The position numbers were made by a program, and so were the translations under genes. A DNA stretch of 64,000 nt, taken from NCBI GenBank assembly GCA_043810165.1, contig JBDROJ010000027.1, forward strand, positions 36,974-100,973, read 5' to 3'. Under the pieces are notes generated by a model. The model did not search any database. It saw only the letters and a program-made list of their open reading frames with translations, and was not told the origin of the DNA. Source of the stretch: a bacterium. Lineage in GTDB: Bacteria; Patescibacteriota; Patescibacteriia; Magasanikbacterales; GWA2-37-8. This document shows, in pieces, positions 21,535 through 30,859 of this stretch; the first letter of the stretch is position 1; each line of letters begins with the position of its first letter.

Positions 21535-22326
21535 ATGGATTTAACTGAAGCCAAACAAAATAATACAATCCAAGCAAGACACCCGTGGGAGCTGGCCCGT
21601 TTTAGAGTGATTCTATTATTGATACAAAACCTTTTAAAATTAAATACGCAAAATCTCAAAATTTTAGATCTGGGTTGCGGTGATCTTTATATATGCAAAA
21701 AACTTTTACAGATATATCCATATCTAAAAATACACGCCGTGGACAAAAATCTATCCGGAAAGCAGATAGACTGGCTAAAAAAATCAAATACATCCGACAG
21801 ATTATTTGCGTACCAATCTATAAAAGACTTTGAGGATATTAATGACAGAGCTGGTTGCGACCTAATTTTACTATTAGATATTGTGGAACACATAGATGGT
21901 GATTCTATTTTTTTACAAAAATTAAGCAATTGTAATTTTGTGAATAAAAATACTTTTTTCCTAATAACCGTTCCGTCGTTCTCATCTTTATTTTCATCAC
22001 ATGACAAATTTTTAAAACACCACAGACGTTATAACAATTACGAATTAAAAAAACTAGTGGCTAATGCCGGATTTAAAATTTATCAATCGGGTTATTTTTT
22101 TTCAAGCTTGTTAATTCCAAGAATTATACAAGCTTTACTTGAAAAAATAGTCGGATCAAAAAATAAAAAACATGGGATCGGCCATTGGAAGCACGGAAAA
22201 ATTACTACCAATTTATTTAAAAACGTTCTTATTTATGATTTTAAATTATCTCTTATACTGCAAAAAATCGGAATCAAATTACCCGGCCTCTCTAACTATG
22301 TAATATGCAAAAAATCTGTATTATAA
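21535..22326 (+). CDS. Class I SAM-dependent methyltransferase
   Basis: LDLGCGD, LDIVEHI, ITVP...S.HD...H.RRY. Confidence 0.85.
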   Translation: MDLTEAKQNNTIQARHPWELARFRVILLLIQNLLKLNTQNLKILDLGCGDLYICKKLLQIYPYLKIHAVDKNLSGKQIDWLKKSNTSDRLFAYQSIKDFEDINDRAGCDLILLLDIVEHIDGDSIFLQKLSNCNFVNKNTFFLITVPSFSSLFSSHDKFLKHHRRYNNYELKKLVANAGFKIYQSGYFFSSLLIPRIIQALLEKIVGSKNKKHGIGHWKHGKITTNLFKNVLIYDFKLSLILQKIGIKLPGLSNYVICKKSVL

Positions 22327-23042
22327 TTCCATGCTATAACGAGGAAAACAGACTGCCGGTAGAAGAATTTAAAAAATTTTATACTGAAATAACAGATAGT
22401 TTTTATCTGTATTTCGTAAATGACGGCAGTACTGACAAAACTAAAATAATACTTGACGAGCTATGCATGAGCAGAGGAGATAGAATAAAAATTCTAAATC
22501 ATGATTGCAATAAAGGCAAAGCTGAAGCTGTGCGCACAGGCGTATTAAATGCTCTGGATGACAATAAATTTGATATATTTGGATATCTGGATGCAGATCT
22601 TTCAACGCCTCTGTCAGAAATTTATTTATTGCTGGAATCTTTAAATAAGGATGACTGCAATGCCATGGCTTTTGGTTCAAGGATAAAAAAACTGAATAGT
22701 AATATCCGAAGAAATACCAAAAGGCATATTTTTGGCAGATTATTTGCAACGACAACTAACCTGCTTTTAAAATTGCCGACGTATGACAGCCAATGTGGCG
22801 CAAAATTAATTAGAGCCGAATATGCCAGGGGGTTATTTAAAGAAGCATTCATCTCAAAATGGCTTTTTGATATTGAATTATTTTTCCGTTTTAAACGAAT
22901 GAACAGGGGTCTGAACAATAATTACAAAACCATTGAAGTCCCTTTGAATACATGGGATGAAAAGGGTGGCTCAAAAATCACGATGCGCGATTTAACAAAG
23001 ATGCCTCTTGATTTGATCAAAATATATTTTTATTATAAATAA
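22305..23042 (+). CDS. GT2 glycosyltransferase (polyprenyl-phosphate glycosyltransferase-like)
   Basis: IPCYNEE, DGSTD, GKAEAVR, DADL, DSQCGAK, FDIEL. Confidence 0.9.
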   Translation: MQKICIIIPCYNEENRLPVEEFKKFYTEITDSFYLYFVNDGSTDKTKIILDELCMSRGDRIKILNHDCNKGKAEAVRTGVLNALDDNKFDIFGYLDADLSTPLSEIYLLLESLNKDDCNAMAFGSRIKKLNSNIRRNTKRHIFGRLFATTTNLLLKLPTYDSQCGAKLIRAEYARGLFKEAFISKWLFDIELFFRFKRMNRGLNNNYKTIEVPLNTWDEKGGSKITMRDLTKMPLDLIKIYFYYK

Positions 23043-23044
23043 AT

Positions 23045-24724
23045 ATGGCTTATTGCCTCCGGTTTAAAGAAAAAATCATAAAATTATCAGTACCATTTGT
23101 AATAATCATCAGTATACTTTTATTTTTTCATGCCAGTTTTGGATTATCAAGTTTAAATCCTTTAAATACCGAATGGCTTTTAAACAATAAGGATCAAGCC
23201 ACTCATTTTTTGGGATGGCAATTTTTTAGAAACGATGATTGGACATTTCCTTTGGGAACTATTAATAGTTATAATTATCCGATTGGCACCAATATAGGCT
23301 ATACTGATTCTATTCCATTGTTGGCAATCTTTTTTAAACTATTATCGCCAATCCTGCCGTATCCTTTCCAATACACGGGAATATGGCTATTCTCTTGCTT
23401 TCTTTTGCAAGCTTTTTTTGCCTATTTACTAATCAGAAAAAAAACCTCGTTGGTATTGATAAGAATTGTAGCTGTTTTAATTTTGACCCTTACCCCGATC
23501 TTAATAGTGCGCCATATTCACCCAAGCCTGTGCGCGCAATGGTTGATATTAGCTAGTATTTGGATATATCTATCCGAACAAAATACAAGAAAAAAAATTC
23601 TCATTCAATTTTTATTATTGATTTTTAGCGCATTTACACATCCATACTTGTGTATAATGGTATCTTTATTCAGTTTTTCTTTATTTAGTAATTTGATAAT
23701 AAAGAAAAAAATTAAATTAATTAGTTTTATATTAAATACGGTTCTGTCAATTATAGCTGTACTGTTGATATGGCATATCATAGGCTACTTTAGTCTTGGT
23801 CCAAATTGGAACGATTATGGGGCAGGTGGTTACGACTATTTTTCAATAGACTTAAATACTTTTTTCAACCCTTCAACCAGCACCTCTTATTTTATACCAA
23901 CTCTGCCGACAAAATCTACTACTTACGAGTCCTATAATTATCTAGGTTCTGGCGTAATACTTTTATTAATTATAGTAATAATTTTTTCGGTTAAAAATAT
24001 AAAAATAATCATTGAAGATAGAAAAAAATATCTTAAAAAAGCAAGACTATTTATTAAAAATCACATAGTATTAATTATCAGCCTGGCCTCGCTATCATTT
24101 TTTGCATTGGGGAACAATATAAGTTTCAATGGCACGGTCATATTTAGTTACCCACTCAATGAGAATTATGAGAAATTAATCGCCCCATTGCGCGCTAGCT
24201 CAAGATTTATTTGGCCAGCTTATTACATGATGTTGATTTTTATTATATTTGCATTTATTAAAAAATTAATAAATAATCTTTGGCTAATTGGCATATTTAT
24301 AATTGCTCTAAGCCTGCAAATTGGAGGCAAAAATTTTATTTTTCCATACAATATGGAGAAAACACTTCTATTAAACAACACCGAATGGAGTGAATCCATT
24401 GCTCAAGCAGATAAAATTTTGATATTTCCGGCTTATAAAGAATTAATTGAAGATTCAAATGATGATATATCTTTTGCTTATTTAGCTGCAATTAACAAAA
24501 AAGCAATAAATCTGGGTAATCTGGCCCGAAATAATATTAAAAGAAGAGATCGGGAAAGCAAAAAATTAAGACGCGACCTGGTAGATGGACGCATACAGCC
24601 TAAAACACTATACATCACCACTCAGAAGTATGATTCAATCATTAATAAAGAAACTTTCAAGGACAAGCTTGAATGCAAGGTAATATCAGGCTACACTGCT
24701 TGTTTAAGTAAAGATACCAACTAA
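23045..24724 (+). CDS. Multi-pass membrane protein, probable GT-C fold (DUF6311-like)
   Basis: Many TM segments; HFLGWQFFR..W.FPLG, YTDSIPL, YLG.G, R.SSRF.WP. Confidence 0.7.
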   Translation: MAYCLRFKEKIIKLSVPFVIIISILLFFHASFGLSSLNPLNTEWLLNNKDQATHFLGWQFFRNDDWTFPLGTINSYNYPIGTNIGYTDSIPLLAIFFKLLSPILPYPFQYTGIWLFSCFLLQAFFAYLLIRKKTSLVLIRIVAVLILTLTPILIVRHIHPSLCAQWLILASIWIYLSEQNTRKKILIQFLLLIFSAFTHPYLCIMVSLFSFSLFSNLIIKKKIKLISFILNTVLSIIAVLLIWHIIGYFSLGPNWNDYGAGGYDYFSIDLNTFFNPSTSTSYFIPTLPTKSTTYESYNYLGSGVILLLIIVIIFSVKNIKIIIEDRKKYLKKARLFIKNHIVLIISLASLSFFALGNNISFNGTVIFSYPLNENYEKLIAPLRASSRFIWPAYYMMLIFIIFAFIKKLINNLWLIGIFIIALSLQIGGKNFIFPYNMEKTLLLNNTEWSESIAQADKILIFPAYKELIEDSNDDISFAYLAAINKKAINLGNLARNNIKRRDRESKKLRRDLVDGRIQPKTLYITTQKYDSIINKETFKDKLECKVISGYTACLSKDTN

Positions 24725-24734
24725 GACCAGTTAT

Positions 24735-24794
24735 TTGCCAATTGAGCGGTAATCAGCTATAATTAAAATATCCCGATTTAATCGGGATATTTTT
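24735..24794 (+). promoter_or_regulatory. Overlapping promoter and terminator hairpin
   Basis: TTGCCA-17-TATAAT, then AAAATATCCCGAT/ATCGGGATATTTT. Confidence 0.65.
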
Positions 24795-24804
24795 AGCATA
24801 AACT

Positions 24805-27726
24805 ATGTACAAACTAAATCAATCTCAACAACAAGCCGTGGAATATAATCAGGGCCCGCTAATTATTGTGGCTGGCGCCGGAACCGGCAAAACCACTGTG
24901 ATAACTCAAAAAATTGTCTATCTGCTACAAAATGAACTGGCCAAGCCCGAACAAATATTAGCTTTAGTTTTTAATGATAAAGCGGCTGATGAAATTCAAG
25001 AACGAGTAGACGAAATTATTGATATAGGATATATTGACATGCAAATATCAACTTTTCATTCTTTTTGTCAGCAAATATTGGAACAATACGGACTTGATAT
25101 TGGTATCCCAAACAATTTTAAAATTTTAACTCAAACAGATGCATGGATATTGATTAAAAAAAAATTGGATAAATTTGGCCTTGATTATTATCGGCCTCTT
25201 GGAAACCCAGGCAAGCATATTCATGAACTTATTAAACATTTTTCCAAATGCAAAGATGAATTAATTGATCCGCAAGCGTATCTTGAATATGCTGAAGACG
25301 TCAAACTGGATAAAGATAATGACAATCAAGATGAACACGACAGATTAACTGAAATTGCCAATGCCTACCATGTATACAACCGGCTTTTACTGGAACATAA
25401 TTCATTGGACTTTGGTGATTTGATTTACTATGCTGTTAAATTATTAAAAAAACGACCTCAAGTCTTAAAACAACTACAGGAACGATTTAAATATATTTTG
25501 GTAGATGAATTTCAAGATGTCAATTGGGCGCAATATGAACTAGTACGAAAACTAGGTGAAAATGGTCAACTGACTGTGGTCGGTGATGATGATCAAAGTA
25601 TTTATGCGTTTCGCGGAGCTTCAGTAGCAAATATTCTACGATTCAAAGATGATTATCAAAAAGTTAAAGAAATTGTATTAACAGAAAACTATCGATCTGG
25701 ACAAAAAATTTTAGACAAAGCATATGAATCTATAAAAAACAACAACCCAGATCGTTTGGAAACAAAATTAAGAATAGATAAGAAATTAAAATCAATGGTT
25801 GATTTCAAAGCAGAGGTAGTTCATGCCCATAAATTCAGCCTGGAAGAAGAAGTAAAATTTGTAATTGATGAGATAATTAAACTTAAAACGCAAGATCAGC
25901 AAGCTAGTTTGGATGATTTTGCCATTTTAGTCAGGGCGAATAATCACGCCGAACCATTTATGGCTGGATTAGAATCACATGGCATAGCTTACGAATTCCT
26001 AGCCTCTAATGGACTATACCGCCAGCCAATTATCCTTGACTGTTTAAACTTTTTCAAATTATTGGATAATTATCACGAATCAACAGCCATTTATCGTTTA
26101 TTGCGCTTGCCCATATGGAGAATCACAGAAAACGACCTGCAAAAAATAACATATACTGCAAAACGCAAGAGCATATCGTATTATGAGGCTTTAAAACGCG
26201 CACAAGAGTTTGCATTATCAGAATCTGGCACAACCATCTGTGGAAAACTCTTAAATTTAATACACGATGGTATGAAACAGGCCAGCATTGAAAAGCCACA
26301 CCGCGTATTGTATGATTTTTTAGAAAGAAGCGGGTATTTAAAATACTTGATGCATGAAGAAGGAGCTAATAATAGGTTGGTAATTAGGCAAATACATCAG
26401 CTAATTCAATTTTTTGAATACTTAACAAGGTATGAAGAAAATATTGCTGATGCGCGCGTTAGTGATTTTATGGATCAATTCAACTACCTGCTTGAATCCG
26501 GCGAGCAGGGCAGTTTATATCAGCCGGCTGATACGCCTGATTCAGTTAATATAATCACAATTCATAAATCTAAAGGACTGGAATTCAAATATGTATTTGT
26601 AGTCAATATGGTCGAAGACCGATTCCCAACGCGCAGGCGCGGAAATGGCATTGAATTGCCCATTGAACTGGTAAAGGAACAACTGCCCGAAGGCGATCCG
26701 CACATACAAGAGGAAAGGCGATTATTTTATGTGGCTTGTACGCGCGCAAAACAAAAACTTTATCTGACCAGCGCCAGTAATTATGGCGGAGTAAGAAAGA
26801 AAAAAATCAGCCGTTTTTTACATGAACTTGACTACCAAGCTCAAGACCAAAAATTAGAGAAAAAATCAAATTTTCCTGAATATCCTAAATCCTTCATAAA
26901 CACAAAGCAAACATCAACATATAAGATACCATCATCTTTCTCTTTTTCACAAATCAAATCATACAACACATGCCCATATCAATATAAATTAGGCAATATA
27001 ATTAAATTACCGATGAAACAAAGCCATTATTTTAGTTTTGGAAATAGCATTCATAATAGCTTGCAAAAATTCTATCAACGTATAATTGATTTGAATCAAA
27101 CAAAACAAGAATCTTTATTTGGCCTGCCTGGCAAAAAAGAAGATCACGACCATGCAATCAAAGTTCCGAGCTTGGATGAACTTATGGAAATCTATAATCA
27201 AAGCTGGATTGAAGATTGGTTTCAAGATAAAAATCAACGAGAAGAATACTTTGTGGATGGCCAAAAAATGTTAAAAGAATATTACAAACAAAATCAAGAC
27301 AATTGGACGATCCCGGCTGGCTTGGAGAGTGGATTTAAAATTAGAATTGACGACTTTATTCTTATGGGCAGAATAGATAGAATTGACCAACTGGCTGACC
27401 AGAGTTTGCATATTATTGATTATAAAACAGGCCAAAGCAAAGAAAAACCTCAATCAGAAGACAAAGAACAATTAATTATTTACCAAATAGCTGTGGAAAG
27501 CCTTCCAGAATATCGAAATTTGGGCAAAGCAAGCAAGTTAACTTTGTATTTTGTGAAAGATGGCGTTCAAGCTTCATTCCTAGCAAGCGACAAAGAGATA
27601 GAAAAACTTAAAGAAAAAATAATCAACACTGTGCAAGAAATCAAAAAAATGAATTTTACGCCCAATCCAAGCCAATACATTTGCAACAACTGTCATTATA
27701 GAGATATTTGTGAATATAAAATATGA
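24805..27726 (+). CDS. UvrD/PcrA helicase fused to a PD-(D/E)XK nuclease with Fe-S clamp cysteines
   Basis: AGAGTGKT, DEFQD, EERRLFYVACTRA; CP...GRIDRID...IDYKTG...CNNCHYRDIC. Confidence 0.9.
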   Translation: MYKLNQSQQQAVEYNQGPLIIVAGAGTGKTTVITQKIVYLLQNELAKPEQILALVFNDKAADEIQERVDEIIDIGYIDMQISTFHSFCQQILEQYGLDIGIPNNFKILTQTDAWILIKKKLDKFGLDYYRPLGNPGKHIHELIKHFSKCKDELIDPQAYLEYAEDVKLDKDNDNQDEHDRLTEIANAYHVYNRLLLEHNSLDFGDLIYYAVKLLKKRPQVLKQLQERFKYILVDEFQDVNWAQYELVRKLGENGQLTVVGDDDQSIYAFRGASVANILRFKDDYQKVKEIVLTENYRSGQKILDKAYESIKNNNPDRLETKLRIDKKLKSMVDFKAEVVHAHKFSLEEEVKFVIDEIIKLKTQDQQASLDDFAILVRANNHAEPFMAGLESHGIAYEFLASNGLYRQPIILDCLNFFKLLDNYHESTAIYRLLRLPIWRITENDLQKITYTAKRKSISYYEALKRAQEFALSESGTTICGKLLNLIHDGMKQASIEKPHRVLYDFLERSGYLKYLMHEEGANNRLVIRQIHQLIQFFEYLTRYEENIADARVSDFMDQFNYLLESGEQGSLYQPADTPDSVNIITIHKSKGLEFKYVFVVNMVEDRFPTRRRGNGIELPIELVKEQLPEGDPHIQEERRLFYVACTRAKQKLYLTSASNYGGVRKKKISRFLHELDYQAQDQKLEKKSNFPEYPKSFINTKQTSTYKIPSSFSFSQIKSYNTCPYQYKLGNIIKLPMKQSHYFSFGNSIHNSLQKFYQRIIDLNQTKQESLFGLPGKKEDHDHAIKVPSLDELMEIYNQSWIEDWFQDKNQREEYFVDGQKMLKEYYKQNQDNWTIPAGLESGFKIRIDDFILMGRIDRIDQLADQSLHIIDYKTGQSKEKPQSEDKEQLIIYQIAVESLPEYRNLGKASKLTLYFVKDGVQASFLASDKEIEKLKEKIINTVQEIKKMNFTPNPSQYICNNCHYRDICEYKI

Positions 27727-28013
27727 AAAATATAGCAGAACTCCTAAAACAAAAACAAAATCTATCTCCAATGTGGAAGAGTGTCAGCGCATCATTGATT
27801 GTTGATCAAGCCAATCAAATACTAATCTATTTATTTGGAGACGAGGTACAAAAACATGTTCAAGCTGTATATTACAAAAATAACACTTTAACAATGGCCT
27901 GTTTAGGTTCAATTATGGCTCAAGAAATTAAATTTAACGAGGCTATAATAATTGAACAAATAAATGCTAAATTCGGCCAAAATACAGTAAAAAAACTGCG
28001 ATATTTAGCTTAA
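27723..28013 (+). CDS. DciA/DUF721 family protein
   Basis: KH-like pattern L...S..AQEI......I...IN..FG...VKKL. Confidence 0.65.
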   Translation: MKNIAELLKQKQNLSPMWKSVSASLIVDQANQILIYLFGDEVQKHVQAVYYKNNTLTMACLGSIMAQEIKFNEAIIIEQINAKFGQNTVKKLRYLA

Positions 28014-28085
28014 AATTACAGCTTGCCAAATACTGAAAAACAGGATAGAATACCAGAACCAATTAAATATTAAAACCATTAAAAT

Positions 28086-28478
28086 ATGACTTTGCGCCAA
28101 TATTTAATTTTGATGTCAATTGGTACAGCCATGTGCTGGGCCATTTGGATTTTAGTTATCATAAATATAGACCCAGTAGAAACAAAGTACCTTGGTTTAG
28201 CTTTCTTCTATGCCAGTTTATTTTTAGCTTTAAGTGGTACTGTGTCTGTAATTGGATTTCTAGTTAGAAAAAAAATAAACAAAAATGATGAGATAGTATT
28301 TCATCATGTCAGGCATACCTTTAGGCAGGGTGTTCTTATATCTTCCCTAATTCTTTTAAGCCTAGCCATGTTGCAGTATAAATTGCTTAATTGGCTTACA
28401 GGCATGCTAATTGTATTATTATTTTTAATTTTAGAAAGCTTAGCTTTTACAAATAGAAGATACAAAAATTTAACCTAA
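28086..28478 (+). CDS. Membrane protein (4 TM)
   Basis: Hydrophobic ORF heading the mre operon. Confidence 0.75.
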   Translation: MTLRQYLILMSIGTAMCWAIWILVIINIDPVETKYLGLAFFYASLFLALSGTVSVIGFLVRKKINKNDEIVFHHVRHTFRQGVLISSLILLSLAMLQYKLLNWLTGMLIVLLFLILESLAFTNRRYKNLT

Positions 28479-28479
28479 C

Positions 28480-29523
28480 ATGTTTAATTCATTATTCAAT
28501 AAATTTAGAAAAGACTTAGGTATTGACTTGGGTACGGCCAATAGCCTTATTTATGTTAAAGGCAGGGGAGTAATTATTAACGAACCCAGCGTGGTATCTG
28601 TAAATACCAGAACTGAACAAATTTTGGCGGTTGGCAGTGAGGCCAAAGAAATGCTAGGCAAGACTCCTCCACACATAATAACTACCAGGCCATTAATAAA
28701 TGGGATAATTTCTGATTTTGAAGTTACGGAAAAAATGTTAGGATTTTTCTTTGATAAAATAAATGAAGGCCGAGGATCTTCATTATCACGCCCAAAAGTA
28801 GTAATTGGAGCCCCGCTAGATATTACCGAAGTAGAAAGAAAGGCTATTAGCGATGCGGCTGTAAACGCAGGCGCTAGAGAAGTTTGGATTGTGGAAGAAC
28901 CCATGGCCGCAGCCATTGGCTCACGCATGCCAATAAGGGAGCCCGTAGGTAACTTTATTGTTGAGATGGGTGGTGGTACTTGTGAAATAGCTGTAATATC
29001 ATTGGGTGGAATAGTGGTCTGGAAGTCTCTGCCGATTGCAGGAGATGAACTTAATCGTAATATTATACAATATGCCAGAGATGTATTTAATTTATTACTT
29101 GGAGAAAGACAGGCCGAAGAAATTAAAATTAAAATTGGTTCAGCAATAGAATTAAATGAATCTAGGCAATTTCCAATGCGCGGACGCGACTTAATTTCCG
29201 GACTTCCAAAAGAAATAATGATTAACGACTCTCAAGTGCGAGAGGCCATGAGCAAGTCTTTAAAGATGATTGTAGACAATATAAAAGAAACTTTAGAAAC
29301 CACTCCGCCGGAATTAGTGGCTGACATACACGAAAGAGGGATATTAATTTCAGGCGGAGGCGCTTTATTGCGAGGTATTGATAAATTAATCTACAGAGCT
29401 ACGGAAATACCAGTTCGCTTGGCCGACGACCCTCTTACATCGGTTGTCAGAGGCACGGGCATATTACTGGATGAACCCGAACTTTTAAAAGAGATCGTTG
29501 TCAAACCAGAAGACAAAAATTAG
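28480..29523 (+). CDS. mreB: Rod shape-determining actin MreB
   Basis: GIDLGTAN, EPMAAAIG, GGGALL. Confidence 0.96.
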   Translation: MFNSLFNKFRKDLGIDLGTANSLIYVKGRGVIINEPSVVSVNTRTEQILAVGSEAKEMLGKTPPHIITTRPLINGIISDFEVTEKMLGFFFDKINEGRGSSLSRPKVVIGAPLDITEVERKAISDAAVNAGAREVWIVEEPMAAAIGSRMPIREPVGNFIVEMGGGTCEIAVISLGGIVVWKSLPIAGDELNRNIIQYARDVFNLLLGERQAEEIKIKIGSAIELNESRQFPMRGRDLISGLPKEIMINDSQVREAMSKSLKMIVDNIKETLETTPPELVADIHERGILISGGGALLRGIDKLIYRATEIPVRLADDPLTSVVRGTGILLDEPELLKEIVVKPEDKN

Positions 29524-29524
29524 T

Positions 29525-30337
29525 ATGCTTTATCTAAATCATAAAAAAAAGTATGTACTTTTTGGAGCAATTTTACTGCTCATTTTTTTTCATTATCTGG
29601 GCTGGCTGGGCTACATAGAAAATTCTCTGCGCTCTTTATTAATTCCAATATCATCAAGCATTTATAATGCTAAAAATAAAATCCATGATCAATATGAATT
29701 ATATAAAAAAGAGCAAGAAATTAATCAGCTATATCAGCAATGTCAAGTAGAAGTTGAGTCAAATGAATTTCTAAAAACAAAAATACAAAATTTAGAAGAA
29801 GAAAATCTTGGGTTGAAAGAAATGACCAACTTTAAAAATAATACAAATTTTAAATTAATCACTGCCAAAATAGTCGGTCAAGATACTAATAGAATTGAAA
29901 AAATGTTTATAATAGATGCCGGCAGTAAACAAGGCGTTGCCCAAGGGCAGGCAGTTATTGTCGGCCAAGGAATTTTAGTAGGAAAAATTGCCAGAGTAGA
30001 AAAAGATGTCTCAATGGTTAGAACAATAAATGATAATCAGAGCAAAATAGCGGCCACGCTTTCTAATAAAGATAGAAGTCTTGGTATAGTAGAAGGCGGT
30101 TATGGATTAAGCATACGCATGAATTTAATACCAAGAGACGAAATAGTCATGATTGGAGATAAAGTAATGAGTTCGGGATTGGATAAAACCATACCGCGCG
30201 GCCTATTAATTGGTGAAGTAACTGTTTCTGAAAATGAAGCTTACCAACCGTTTCAGCAAGCTATTATCACCCCAGCAACAAACTTGTCAAAACTAAGCTT
30301 GGTTGGAATATTGATACTTGACGAGTTAAAAAAATAA
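29525..30337 (+). CDS. mreC: MreC
   Basis: TM, coiled coil, IDAGSKQG, SSGL...PRGL.IG; start approximate. Confidence 0.9.
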   Translation: MLYLNHKKKYVLFGAILLLIFFHYLGWLGYIENSLRSLLIPISSSIYNAKNKIHDQYELYKKEQEINQLYQQCQVEVESNEFLKTKIQNLEEENLGLKEMTNFKNNTNFKLITAKIVGQDTNRIEKMFIIDAGSKQGVAQGQAVIVGQGILVGKIARVEKDVSMVRTINDNQSKIAATLSNKDRSLGIVEGGYGLSIRMNLIPRDEIVMIGDKVMSSGLDKTIPRGLLIGEVTVSENEAYQPFQQAIITPATNLSKLSLVGILILDELKK

Positions 30338-30339
30338 TT

Positions 30340-30855
30340 ATGAAATACATTAAAAAAATTATTTTGATTTTATCAATCTTGGCAGGACATCTATTCTTTA
30401 CAAATTTTTTAGTTTATCCTTTCAATAATATAAACATAGTGTTGTTATTTTTAGTCTGGATAATAATATTATCAAACGACACAGACACGAGCATGATCTG
30501 GCTTATATTATTATTAAGTTTTTCTATTGAATTGTTGAGTAATTCTCCTTTTGGTAGCAATATACTGTCCATATCTATTACCTTACTTATATTAATATGG
30601 ATTTTGCGAAACGTTCTAACGAGCAACTCTATATATATGGTATTTCTGGCAACTTTAACAGGCGTGATAGTTTATAGGATAGTTTATTTTACCATGTTGT
30701 TTACGGCTAATATATTATTGAATAAAAATTATACCAATTTGAACAAAGAAACCATAATTGATATCGGTTGGGAAACGTTATTCACTTCTATATTATCATT
30801 ATTAATCTACATAGTAATGCGCGCTACTATGAAAAAAATCGGTTCAATGGCCTAA
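30340..30855 (+). CDS. mreD: MreD-like membrane protein
   Basis: Hydrophobic; located between mreC and mrdA. Confidence 0.7.
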   Translation: MKYIKKIILILSILAGHLFFTNFLVYPFNNINIVLLFLVWIIILSNDTDTSMIWLILLLSFSIELLSNSPFGSNILSISITLLILIWILRNVLTSNSIYMVFLATLTGVIVYRIVYFTMLFTANILLNKNYTNLNKETIIDIGWETLFTSILSLLIYIVMRATMKKIGSMA

Positions 30856-30859
30856 AAAC

